Shown here one piece after another: positions 35,668 to 47,852 of a DNA stretch of 64,000 nt. The stretch is taken from NCBI GenBank assembly GCA_038087875.1, contig CM075995.1, forward strand, positions 5,396,001 through 5,460,000. The letters are read 5' to 3'. Source of the DNA: Malacoraja senta. Its lineage: Eukaryota. A model generated the notes under the pieces. It was given only the letters and a program-made list of their open reading frames with translations, had not been told where the DNA came from and made no database searches. How positions within the stretch are numbered: position 1 is the stretch's first letter; each line of letters opens with the position of its first letter. A program made the translations under genes and the position numbers.

Positions 35668-36972
35668 GTAGACACAAAATGCTGGAGTAACTCAGCGGGA
35701 CAGGCAACATCTCCGGAGAGAAGGAATGGGTGGCGTTTCGGGTCGAGACCCTTCTTCAGACTGATGTCAGGGGAGTGGGCGGGACAGAGATAGAATGTAG
35801 TCGGAGACAGTAAGACTAGTGGGAGAACTGGGAAGGGGAGGGGATGGAGAGAGAGGGAAAGCAAGGGCTATTTGAAGTTAGAGAAGTCAATGTTCATACC
35901 ACTGGGGTGTAAGCTACCTAAGCAAAATATGAGGTGCTGTTCCTCCAATTTGCGCTGGGCCTCACGCTGACAATAAAGGAGGCCCAGGACAGAAAGGTCA
36001 GATTGGGAATGGGAGAGGGAGTTGAAGTGCTGAGCAACCGGGAGATCAGGTAGGTTAAGGCGTACTGAGCGGAGGTGTTCTGCAAAATGATCGCCGAGCC
36101 TGCGCTTGGTCTCACCGATGTACAGAAGTTGACACCTAGAACAGTGGATACAGTAGATGAGGGAGGAGGTGCAAGTGAACCTCTGCCTCACCTGGAAAGA
36201 CTGTCGGGGTCCTTGAATGGAGTCGAGGGGGGAGGTAAAGGGACAGGTGTTGCATCTCCTGCGGTTGCAGGGGAAAAGTACCTGGGGAGGGGATGGTTTG
36301 GGGGGGAAGGGACGAGTTGCGGAGGGAACGGTCTCTGTGGAAAGCAGAAAGGGGTGGAGGTGGAAAGATGTGGCCAGTAGGTGGATCCCGTTCGAGGTGG
36401 CAAAAGTGTAGGAGGATTATATGCTGTATGCGACGGCTGATGGGATGGAAGGTGAGGACAAGGGGGACTCTGTCCCTGTTACGAATGGGGGGAGGGGGAA
36501 CAAGAGCGGAGCTGCGGGATATCAAGGAGAAGCTTATGAGAGCTGCATCTATAATAGAAGAGGGGAACCCCGTTTCCTAAAGAATGGGGACATCTCCGAT
36601 GATCTAGTGTGGAAAACCTCATCCTGGGCGCGGATGCGGCGTAGACGGAGAAATTGGGAGTAGGGGATAGAGTCTACAGGAAGCAGGGTGGGAAGAAGTG
36701 TAGGCTAGATAGCTATGGGAGTCAGTAGGTTTGTAGTAGATTTCGGCCAATAATCTGTCTCCTGTAATGGAGAAGGTGAGATCCAGAAACGGTAGGGAGA
36801 TGTCGGAGATGGTCCAAGTGAATTTGAGTGCAGGATGGAAATTAGTCATGAAGTTGATGAAGTCAGTGAGTTCTGCATGGGTGCAGGAGGTAGCACCGAT
36901 GCAGTCGTCAATGTAGTGGAGGTAGAGTTCGGGGATAGGGCCAGTGTACGTCTGGAACAGGGATTGTTCGAC
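35668..36972 (-). mobile_element. Penelope-like element 3' half (RT end plus GIY-YIG)
   Basis: FHPALKFTWTIS and YCIHCSRCQLLYIGETKRRLGDHFAEH. Homologous to 28320-29632. Confidence 0.9.
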
Positions 36973-36974
36973 GT

Positions 36975-37385
36975 TTAACGGAATGACGCCTGGTTTAGGT
37001 GGTATTAGCTACAGGGAGATATTGGACAGACTTGGATTGTTTGCTCTGGAACACCTGGGGAGTGGGGAGACCTGATAGAAGTATATAAAACTATGAGAGG
37101 CATAGATAGGTTAGATAGTCAGAACCTTTATGCCAGGATGGAAAAATCAAATACTAGTTTGCAAAGCTTTAAGGTAAGGGGGGAAAAGTTTATATTTACA
37201 CAGAGAATGGTGAGTGCCTGGAATGTGTTGGTTGAAGCAGGTACCTTAGTGGCATTTAAAATACTTTTGGATAGGCAAATTGATATGCAGGGAATGGAGA
37301 GAATGGGTTATGTGCAGGTGTTGGTGTTGGCATCATATTGAGCTGCGGGGCCCGATCTTGTGCTGTATTGTTCAATGTTCCATGT
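36975..37385 (+). mobile_element. Degenerate CR1 3' part (5' stub at ~35580-35640, split by the PLE)
   Basis: GDLIEVYKTMRGIDR...FTQRMVSAWN. QFWSPHYRKDVEALE lies upstream of the PLE. Confidence 0.7.
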
Positions 37386-38512
37386 TCACCTTACCTGAAA
37401 GCAATGACCCCTGAAACTAATATGTGATGGCTCTGAAGTGTTAGTATTCGACTGCAGTGTCTACTAGGAGAGCCGGACTATTGTACATGTCTTAGTCATG
37501 GAGCAAGGAAATGGCTCCTTCGACCCATTCCCACAAAACCCTCACTGACCTTACAATAGTCCAAGACTAATCTCGTTTTCACTTGTCCCTATGTTTGATC
37601 TACTTCCTATAATGGTAGCGACAGTTGGGCCATAATTGGCCTTATTTTTGTTGGGCGGGGGGATTAGTAAAGAAGAGGGCTGGGGGGAAATATGATCAAC
37701 TTACTGGAAAGTTTTCACATTTCGATGTAGGAAAGGGATGTGCTGGCCCTCATTCTCAAGTAGCCTGTAACACATGCTGAAGTGCAATTTGGGTGTTTGG
37801 ATCTTGTTGTTGACCTTCACTCATGGGAAAGATCTACATTTACTATCTGCCCTTAACGTCCCCTTAAAATGAGGAGTCAACAACCTTGTTGTGGGTCTAG
37901 AGTCATGCCTATGCCTGATGATTAAGGATGCCTGACTTCCTTCTTTGATAGCCAGGGGCCAAACATATGAACACTTGTAGCCGCAAGGAGCTACAGATGC
38001 TGGGTTGCAAGAAAAGACATAAAGTACTGGAGTAACTCAGCAGATCAGGCAGCATCTCTGGAGAACATGAATAGGCGATGTTTCGGGACCCAACCTGAAA
38101 CGTATGGGTCTTTACTCACTCCAGTGTTTGTTTTGTCATTAATGCCGATACTAGATCTTCTCTTTAAAAGGGCGGCGCGGTGGCGCAGTGGTAGAGCTCT
38201 AACCTAAACTAATCTGTACCTCCAATTCTATTGGCATGTCTTGACCTTTGATAACAACCACCAAAAACAAATCCATTGATCTCAGTTTTGAACATCTCAA
38301 GTAATCCCCAAAAAGTGCTGCAAACAGAGATCCACATTTCTGCAAACCTACGTGTTGAAACAGTGCTTCCTCATTTCACTTCACCATAGTGCTTCCTATT
38401 TTCATTCCACATTTTCACTCCACATAGACCAGACCTAGTTTTCAGACAGTGCCCTCTGGCTTTGGATTTTCTCCACTGCCAGAAAAAATAATTTACCTGT
38501 ATTCCTCCATCA

Positions 38513-38840
38513 TGTTTCCAGTGGTGGGAGAGTCTAGTCTAGAGCCTCAGAATTAAAGGACGTCCCTTTGAGAAGGAGATGAGGAGTAATTTCTTTAGTC
38601 AGAGGGTGGTGAATCTGTGGAATTCTTTGCCACGGAAGGCTGTGGAGGCCAAGTCAATGGATATTTTTAAGGCCGGGATAGATAAATTCTTGATTAGTAT
38701 GGGTGTCCGAGGTTATGGGGAGAAGGCAGGAGAATGGGGTTAGGAGGGAGAGATACAGGTAGATCAGCCATGAATGAATGGTGGAGTAGACTTGATGGGC
38801 CAAATGGCATAATCTGCTCTGATCACTTACCTTATGACTT
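38513..38840 (+). mobile_element. CR1 3' end
   Basis: NFFSQRVVNLWNSLP plus 3' UTR. Confidence 0.8.
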
Positions 38841-38900
38841 ATGTCCAAAATGTCAATTGGATCCTTAATCAGAGGAAGGACCTGTTTCCGCTCAGTATCT

Positions 38901-39105
38901 GTTCAAGAAGGAACTGCAGATGCTGGATATTCGAAGGTAGACAAAAATGCTGGAGAAACTCAAGAGGTGCGGCAGGATCTATGGAGCGAAGGAAATAGGC
39001 AACGTTTCGGGTCTGAAGAAGAATTTCGGCCCGAAACGTTGCCTATTTCCTTCGCTCCATAGATGCTGCCGCACCCGCTGAGTTTCTCCAGCATTTTTGT
39101 CTACC
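38901..39105. mobile_element. PLE-derived fold-back element with a hammerhead-like core at the hairpin apex
   Basis: ~80-bp inverted arms. CTGAAGA...GAAACGTT at 39013-39040. 14-bp TSD tccgctc(a/t)gtatct. Confidence 0.8.
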
Positions 39106-39183
39106 TCCGCTCTGTATCTCTAATCTAAACTAGATCAAAAACTGCACAAAACTGGTAAAGACTAGGAAGTGTTGGATGCTTAC

Positions 39184-39347
39184 AGGATTGGGCGAGATTG
39201 GAAGTCCTCCTGGTTCATCCTCTCCGACTGCCGGATCTTCAGGATCTCTGTGTAACTCAGGTTCTGTAGTTTGCTCTTGAACTGGTCCAGTGAGTTAGGC
39301 TTGCTGGTCAGCGCTCTCATTATCTGCTCCTTTACAACTTGCATCAC
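39184..39347 (-). CDS. ELMO1: ELMO-family (ELMO1-like) coding exon, 164 nt: [55 protein letters not shown]
   Basis: Translation is nearly identical to the ELMO1 sequence as I recall it. Acceptor tctttctcctcag|GTG and donor CT|gtaagc. Phase joins the next exon in frame. Some residues are ELMO2-like, so the paralogue is not fully certain. Confidence 0.92.
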
Positions 39348-39522
39348 CTGAGGAGAAAGACAACAGAAAAACCTCTTGAAACTTTTCATCAACCGAGTTA
39401 CAATTGACTTCTTTCCACTCACGTCCACGATCAGCTATTACATCCAGCAGCAATTTGCTTGCTTGAAATTTCCAACAAAGTGTCAGAAATTCCGAGTTGC
39501 TGGATCCCCCAGCGGTTACTTT

Positions 39523-40025
39523 TCAAGTTCAAGTTCAAGTGAGTTTATTGTCATGTGTCCCTGATAGGGCAATGAAATTCTTGCTTCGCTTCAGCACAAC
39601 AGAACATAGTAGACATTGACTACAAAACAGATCAGTGTGTCCATATACCATTCTATAAATATATACACACATGAATAAATAAACTGATAAAGTGCAAATA
39701 ACAGTTAATGGGCTATTAAAGTTCAGGGTTTTGTCCGAGCCAGGTTTAATAGCCTGATGGCTGTGGGGAAGTAGCTATTCCTGAACCTGGTCGTTGCAGT
39801 CTTCAGGCTCCTGTACCTTCTACCTGAAGGTAGTAGGGAGATGAGTGTGTGGCCAGGATGGTGTGGGCCCTTGATGATATTGCCAGCCTTTTTGAGGCAG
39901 CGACTGTGATAGATCCCCTCGATGGAAGGGAGGTCAGAGCCGATGATGGACTGGGCAGTGTTTACTACTTTTTGTAGTCTTTTCCTCTCCAGGGCGCTCA
40001 AGTTGCCGAACCAAGCCATGATGCA
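39523..40025 (-). mobile_element. Rex1/Babar-type LINE 3' end
   Basis: AWFGNLSALERKRLQKVVNTAQSIIG...LLPSGRRYRSL..TTRFRNSYFPTAIRLLN and a (ttgaac)n tail. Confidence 0.8.
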
Positions 40026-40074
40026 GTTAGAGAATCAACTCCACAGAATAGATTGCTCTCAAAGAGAAAATTAG

Positions 40075-40390
40075 TTTTAGTTTTAGATATGCATCGTGGA
40101 AACAGGCCCTTCGGTGCACTGATTCCATGCCGACCAGCGATCCCTGCATACTAACACGATCCTACACCCACTAACACTATCCTACACACACCAGAGACAA
40201 TTTACACTTTCACCAAGCCAATTAGCCTACAGACCTGTACATCTTTGGAAACCAGAGCACCTGGGGAAACCTACGCAGGTCACGGGGAGAACGTACGAAC
40301 GCTGTACAGACAGCACCCATAGTCAGGATCGAACCCGGGTCTCTAGCGCTGTAAGGCAGCAACTCAACAAGCTGCATCACCATGCCGCCC
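40075..40390 (-). mobile_element. tRNA-derived SINE
   Basis: SINE consensus. Confidence 0.8.
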
Positions 40391-40639
40391 AACAAGCGCA
40401 GCCCCCGCTTGCGGTTAGGTCCGCTTGCCGCATGGAGTCGCATGCCCGTGGGACAGGCCCTTAACACTTTGCTGGATGTACTGTTTAAGCTGCAACATTT
40501 GGAATACTTGTTCGTACGCCTTTTCAATGGATCGAAGCGACAGCTAAAAATGTACACCAACGGCTCTATGCCCTCAGGAGAATGAGGAGATTTGGCATGT
40601 CTTTAACGACTCTTACAAACGTCTACAGATGCACCCATA

Positions 40640-41203
40640 TCAAGCATACTGTCGGGCTGCATCATACCTTGGTTTGTGCACATTCTGCCCAAGACCGCAA
40701 GTAATTGCAGAGAATTGTGGATGTAGCCCAGTCCATCACATAGACCAGACTCCGCACTCCATCTTGAGTCCATCTACAGTTCTCGCTGCCTGGGAATGCA
40801 GCCAACATAATCAAAGAACTTGCCCACCCGCTGGTCACTCCTTCTTCTCCCCATTACGACGGGGCAGAAGATACAGAAGCTTGAAATCACGTACCACCAG
40901 ACTCAGGAACAGCTTCTTCCTCTCTGTTTTCAAGACTTTTGAATGATCCTTCTAAATGCTGGAGTATGGTCCCTTTTCTCCAACCTATAGTCATTGCAGT
41001 CATTGGACTTTTCCCCCAGAATTGTTATGCCACAATGCTGAGAACTACATTCCGCACTCTTGTATCTTTCTCTTCGCTCTACATTTGTACTTGTGTTTGG
41101 CTTGATTGTATTTATGTGTAGTATTATCTGTTTTGTTTAGATCGCATGTAAACAAAGCTTTTCACTGTACCTCGGCACATGTGACACTGATAAACCTAAA
41201 CCT
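40640..41203 (+). mobile_element. Rex1/Babar-type LINE 3' end
   Basis: GRRYRSLKSRTTRLRNSFF and a (cctaaa)n tail. Confidence 0.72.
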
Positions 41204-41708
41204 GACGTCAATGCTCTTTTGACAGTGTATCTTGCATGAAGATCTTGACTAACTACCTCCAACACTATCGACATTGGATATTGGTAATCACTGGTCACTG
41301 GTAATCAGGGAGCGCCCACTGCTCTCCTTTGATACTTATCATGGCATCTTTTACACCCAACTGAGAAGGCACAAGGGTTGTCCAGGTACTCCATCAAAAT
41401 ACACCAAAATGCCCTCAGCTCAAAATATACTTGTGACATACTCCTCAAACTGTGCAACATTGTGAAATTTGCTGAAGTAAATTTAATGCACGATGCCTCA
41501 TCCATCTCAGAGCTGCATGATGCTCCATGATCCTGAGGAACCGACCAGAGCACGTTGTCCCGTTGACCACATGGGTTTCCTCCCACTTCCCAAAGATGTG
41601 CAGGTTTGTAGGTTTAGTGGCCGCTATAAATTTTGCCTAGTGTGTCGGGAGTGGATCAGAAAGTGGGGTAACATAGAACTAGTGTGAACAGGTGATCGAT
41701 GGTTGGTG

Positions 41709-41927
41709 GGGAAGGGAAGAACTGCAGATGCCGGTTTAAACCGAAAATAGACTCAAAAAGCTGGAGTAACCCAGCGGGTCAGGCAGCATCTCTGAAGAAA
41801 AGGAATAGGTGACGTTTCGGGTCAAGACCCTTTTTCAGACCCGTCTCAACCCAAAACGTCACCTATTCCTTTTCTTCAGAGATGCTGCCTGACCCGCTGA
41901 GTTACTCCAGCTTTTTGTGTCTGTCTT
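41709..41927. mobile_element. PLE-derived fold-back element inserted in a SINE
   Basis: Inverted arms. TSD gatc(g/a)atggttggtg at 41694-41708 and 41928-41942. Confidence 0.78.
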
Positions 41928-43427
41928 GATCAATGGTTGGTGTACTCAGTGGGCTGTAGGGCCTGTTTATCTGTAAAACTAAAGAAGCAATTTCTACAAC
42001 TGAGAATTTCACAAAGATTTTACCTTAAAAAGCAACAGGGAGAGAGAAAAGTACACACTCAGAAATGTTTCTGTGGAAAGGTGTACTCTAACCAGACTTG
42101 CTTGGGAACACATCAGTGCACTGGGAGCAGTACTATTTATCATTTAATTTTTTAAAAACTTTATTTATTTTATTTTTATTTCCTTAATTATTTCTCAAAT
42201 GGAAAAAAATGTAAGTTTTCTTGGCAAATTGAAAGGCCTGTCTCGTTCCCAATAGTGCGTTACAGTGAGATTTGTTTCCAATGACTCTAACAGTCAGAGC
42301 TCCTCTGCCCAGTCTCGCTCTATCTCTCTCCTGGGGCGATGTGATGTGTATTCGAGCTCTCTGGGTCAGTCACCAGTCTCCTGTCCAATGCCGCAGTCGC
42401 AGAGCACATAAATCATTTGTACACAAAGGCCCTTTCGTTCTTCGCACACGACAAGCAATTTTCCTTCGATAGACCCAAAATGCTGGAGCAACTCAGCGGG
42501 ACAGGCAGCATCTCTAGAAACAAGGAATGGTGCCAGGCCTGCTGAATTACTCCAGCATTTTGTGTCTATCTTCGGTTGAAACCAGTATCTGCAGCTCCTC
42601 CCTTGGCAATTTTGCTTCTCCAGTCCTTCTGACTATTCATTTATAGTAGCATAGATAGTGGAGAGCACTAATAAATAAATGCCATGAACAAATTGCCCAC
42701 TTGTGACATGATAGAAAATAGGTGCAGGAGTAGGCCATTCGGCCCTTCGAGTCAGCACCGCCATTCAATATGATCATGGCTGTTCATCCAAAAATCAGTA
42801 CCCCCTTCCTGCTTTTTCCCCATATCCCTTGATTCCTTTAGCCCTAAGAGCTAAATCTAACACTCTTTTGAAAACACTCAGACCACTTTTGTCATCTGCT
42901 GCCCCTACAGAATGTAGATCAGTACGGGTGTCAGGAGTTATGGGGAGAAGGCAGGATAATTGGGTCGAGAGGGAAAGATAGATCAGCCATGATTGAATGG
43001 CAGAGTAGACTTGATGGGCTGAATGGCCTAGTTCTGCTGCTAGAACTTATGACATGGTCAGAAATATGGTCGCACCACTTTTCTTTAGAGATGCAGCATG
43101 TTAAAAGGCCCTATGTCCGACCAAGTCCACAGCAACCAACAATCACCCGTTCACACTAATTCCATGTCATCCCACTTTCAAAACTGGAGTACCCAGAGTT
43201 AATCCACATGGTCAGAGGTAGAACAAGCAAACTCCACACAGGATCATTCACAGGTTGCTGGCTCTAACAGCTACTCCACTGTGCTGCCCTTAATGTATTC
43301 TGGAGTTTAATTGCTCCAATGACAGTGTCTGCCACTGAGCCAAAATCTCTGGAATTCTCTAACAAATGTCCTCCTTAAAGATATTCCTTGAATTCAAGCA
43401 CTTGACTAGGCAATTGACTCATACAAT

Positions 43428-44324
43428 CATGGGAGGAAATCCCGTGGGGGGGGGGGGGGCACACCCCTCCCATGTTTTGAGAGGTGGGGGACAATCCCGC
43501 CCATGTTTTGTAATCTGGATTTTGCAATTCGGTGAAAAAAACTCTATTAAAATCTCCGCTTTCCAGGAGACAGTGGGGGTGTCACTGTTAAGCGCTTGTT
43601 AAATGTCTCTTTTGACATCATATTAACACGATGTGTCACCAATTGTGTTTTGACCTTCAAGTATTACTGAAGGTATTCACGGAGAATTTCTTAAAGCTGT
43701 CTGATTACCATTTGAACTAATGGATGTATTGGTGGATGGAAAAGATTTAAACGGTTATCGGATTAAATGGGTCAGGTCATTAAGGGCTCCGGTCGAACGG
43801 GTTTCCTGGCTGGCTTGCAGGTAAGTCTCTCATTCACGGTTACTCACGTTATTTAGAATTTATTTCCCATTTCTCTCTCTCTCTCTCTCCCCCCTCCAAG
43901 GTTAGTTCTTCTGCCTTTATTTGCTTCAGTTTTTTATTTGTTTGTGTTATTTATCACATTGTAGCTTTTGAAAGATTCTAGCGGGTATCAGACGCTTTCT
44001 AAGGGCTGAATCGGCCCGTTCGCGAGGCCTTTCATCGCCCGGAGCGGCTTAAAATCAAACTGCTGCGTCGAGGCGATCAAGGCTCCCGATATTGAAGCCC
44101 CCGCCGGCCAAGTTTAAGCCGCGCCGGGCGAAGAAAGGCCCCGCGAACAGGCCGATACAAGCCCCGTGATTCGGGGCGGACGAAGCTGCTATTGCTGCGG
44201 TTCGTAGTCGGTCACCAACCAGGTCAGCTCCCGATGTTACCCTCCAAAGCCTCGCGTGTGTGTGTGTGTGCGCATGCGTGCGGCCATCAAGAAATTGTCC
44301 CCCCCCCCCCCATGTTTTGGTAGC
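43428..44324 (+). mobile_element. Non-autonomous hAT-like element, related to 48957-49706, with a different interior and no right TIR
   Basis: Shares the 5' end catggg.ggaaatccc...catgttttgagaggtgggg and the GC-rich body tgaatcggcccgttcgcg. Confidence 0.65.
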
Positions 44325-44409
44325 AATGCAGTAATAGGCCCTTCGGCACAGCTTGCCCACGCCGACACTAGTCCCACCAGCCTGCTTTCGGCCAATATCT
44401 CTCTAAACC

Positions 44410-45166
44410 TGGAAGAGTGGGCAGAAAGTGGCAGATGGAATATAGTGTAGCAAAGTGTGGAGTCATACATTTTGGTAGTAGGAATAAAGGCATGGACTAT
44501 TTTCTAAATGGGGAGAGAATCCAGAAATTGGAGGTGCAAAGGGACTCGGGAGTGCTGGTGCTGAATTCCCAAAAAGCTAACCTGCAAGTCGAATCGGTAG
44601 TACAGAAAGCAAACTCAATGCTAGCATTTATTTCAAGGCTTGTATACAAAAACAGGGATGTAATGCTGAGGCTCTATAAGGCGCTGGTCAGGCCGCATTT
44701 GGAATATTGTGGGCAATTTTGTGCACCATATCTGAGGAAGGATGTGCTGGCTCTGGAGAGGGTCCAGAGGAGGTTTACAAGAATGATCCCAGGAATGAGC
44801 AGGTTAACCTATGATGAGCGTTTGTTGATACTGGGCCTGTACTCGCTGGAGTTTAGAAGAATGGGGGGGGGGCCTCATTTAAACATGCAGAGCTTGGATA
44901 AAGAGGATATGGAGAGGTTGCTTCCACTAGAGGGAGATTCTAGAACTAGTGGTCATAGCCTCCGAATTAAAGGACGTTCTTTTAGGATGAGGAGAAATTT
45001 CTTTAGTCAGAAGAGGATGGTGAATCTGTGGAATTCTTTGCCACAGAAGGGTATAAAGGCCAAGTCAGTGGATATTTTTAAGGCAGAGATAGATGGGTTT
45101 TTGATTAGTACGGTTGTCAGAGGTTATGGGGAGAAGGCAGGAGAATGGGGTTAGGAGGGAAAGATA
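44410..45166 (+). mobile_element. CR1 LINE 3' part (tail continues at ~46148-46215)
   Basis: ORF 44417..45154 is the CR1 ORF2 C-terminus. Confidence 0.88.
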
Positions 45167-46147
45167 TTTTATTAGAAGTTAATACAATACAAAACAATAC
45201 AGTGGTACCTAATTTTAGGTGCCAACTACGTCATAACGTAATACATTCTATGTACAACCTCTAGTTTTATGTTTTTGAAAAGGAGGTAAAAAAAATAAAA
45301 AATAAAAATAGAGAGAAGAAAAAGAGGAAAAATAAATAGTAGAAAATAGAAAAACGTGAAGTGTGTATATAAGAAAAGAAAAAATAGAAAGTAGAAAAAG
45401 TAGAAAAAGACCCTTAAAAAAGAAATTTTCAAATCTTTGTTCGGAGATGTAAATCTATCCACGGCCTGACTTGAAATCAGTAACCTTTACGGTACTGCTG
45501 CATCACATGATTCCAAAAAGTCGATGAAAGGGGACCAACTCCTTAAGAATTGGTCATATTTATCTATTAGGCAGAGTCTCATTTCTTCAAGGTGTGCTAT
45601 GTCCGTCATATTCCTAATCCACATTTTAATAGTTGGTATAGCTGTATTTTTCCAAAATTTAAGTATCAATTTCTTTCCAATTATTAACCCATAATTAAAG
45701 AATACTTTTTGGTCTGATTCACAAAAACTAATATCATATTTTTATAATAGTATATTAAATAGAGAATTACCCTCAACAGAGGCACTAAGAGAAGATTGGG
45801 AACATGAACTAATGCTAAAGATCCCGAAAGATAGATGGGAAAAGTATCTGATGAACACACATAATTGTTCCATTAATGCAAGACATAATTTAATTCAATT
45901 TAAATTATTACAGACTATATTATTCAAAAACGAGGTTGAATAAATTCTACCCAAATGTCTCTCCCAGATGCGATAAATGTTTGTTTCAAAATGCCAATAT
46001 AACACATTCATTTGTAGGATGTACAAAGTTGAATACATTTTGAAGCGATATATTTGATATATTTACAAAGCTCTTCAAGTCAAGAATAGAACCTAATACG
46101 GAATGGATTATATTTGGAATAATAGTAGAAGATATCAATTTAAGCAA
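45167..46147. mobile_element. L1-clade LINE with 5' inversion (minus 45167-~45717, plus ~45718-46147)
   Basis: The plus part encodes CDKC..HSFVGC...GIIVEDINLSK. The minus part continues DQKVFFNYGLIIGKKLILKFWK. Confidence 0.85.
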
Positions 46148-46714
46148 AGTAGACTTGATGGGCCAAATGGCCTATTTCTACTGCTAACACTTATGACCTT
46201 ATGACTATGACTTATCCTATGCATGTACCTGTCTACATGTTTCTTAAACGTTGCAATAGTACCTGCAGTTCTGACATCATATCCTGACATCTCTTTTTGT
46301 GTCTTAGGGCATTACTATTATAGCATCCAATGTCAATAGCATTTTACACAGATCTTCTTAGTTCAGTTTAGTTTAGTTTATTGTCACGTGTACCGAGGTA
46401 CAGTGAAAAGCTTTTTGTTGCGTACTAACCAGTCAGCAGAAAGACAAAACATGATTACAATCGCTGAAGAAGGGTCTCGACCCGAAACGTCACCCATTCC
46501 TTCTCTCCAGAGATGCTGCCTGCCCCGCTGAGTTACTCCAGCATTTTGTGTCTACCACATGATTACAATTGGTCCATTTATAGTGTCCAGATACATGATA
46601 AGGGAATAACGTTTAGTGCAAAGTGAAGCCAGCAAAGTCCGGTCAAGGATAGTCTGAGTGACATCAAAGAGGTAGATAGTGGTTCAGCACTGTTCCCCTC
46701 CTCCATTCTCCTCA

Positions 46715-47852
46715 AAGGTATGAGTTTCTCAACTAACATAGGCAACTCTTTCTCCTCCCCAGCTAATCTCTGCTGTGGGGTTCCACAAGGTTCCATCCTT
46801 GGCCCCATTCTCTTCTCCCTGTATATGCTCCCCTTAGGCCAAGTCATTGAAAGGCACGGCATTTCCTTCCATTGCTACGCAGACGATACACAACTCTATC
46901 TCCCCCTGAAGCCCAAAAACCAATCAAATCTGCTTAACCTTACCCACTGCCTCGAGGATATAAAGTGTTGGATGGCCCAGAACATCCTCCAACTAAACGA
47001 GAGTAAGTCTGAGGTCATCCTTCTCGGCCCCTCGGACTCAATCAAAATGATAGCAGGCAGCCTTGGAAGCCTTACCCCACTACTCAAACCTCACGTCAAA
47101 AACCTTGGCGTGATATTTGACCCAGCACTGAAAGTTGACAAACAAGTCAATGCCGTGGCAAAAGCTAGCTTCTTTCAGCTTCGGACGATAGCTAAAATAA
47201 AACAATTCCTCCACTTTGATGACCTCGAAAAGATCATCTACACATTTATCTCCTCCCGCCTAGATTACCGCAACTCCCTTTACACTGGCATCAGCCAATC
47301 TTCCCTGTCCCGCCTGCAACTGGGCCAAAACACCGCAGCGAGACTCCTGACGGGCACCCGAAAAAGGGACCACATCTCCCCGATCCTGGCCTCTCACCAC
47401 TGGTTCCCTGTGCGGTTCCGTATACATTTCAAGATCCTCCTCTATGTCTACAAAGCCCTCAATGGGCTTGCCCCCACCTACATTAAAAGTCTTCTCACCC
47501 ACCACTCCACCTCCAGGTCCCTCAGATCGGCCGACTTGGGGTTGCTGAATATCCCGCGGTCTAGGCATAAGCTCAGGGGCGACCGCGCCTTTGCGGTTGC
47601 AGCTCCTAGACTGTGGAACAGCATCCCCCTTCCCATCAGAACTGCCCCCTCCATCGACTCCTTTAAGTCAAGACTAAAAACGTATCTATACTCCCAAGCC
47701 TTTCTTGACCTCCTCTGAGCGAGGGCTATATGTATATATGTATGTAGTTTGTTTGTTTATACTATTCTTATAACAAATGTAAATCACTTTGGCCAACGAG
47801 AGTTGTTTTTTAAATGTGCTATACAAATAAATGTGACTTGACTTGACTTGAC
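46715..47852 (+). mobile_element. L2-clade LINE 3' part, 332-codon open RT fragment
   Basis: CGVPQGSILGPILFSLYMLPLG, FHCYADDTQLY and GDRAFAVAAPRLWN motifs. (gactt)n tail. Confidence 0.9.

Noticed and set aside
46720..47718. 332-aa ORF as a domesticated gene
   Set aside because: An ordinary 5'-truncated L2 RT fragment with its tail intact; youth explains the open frame.
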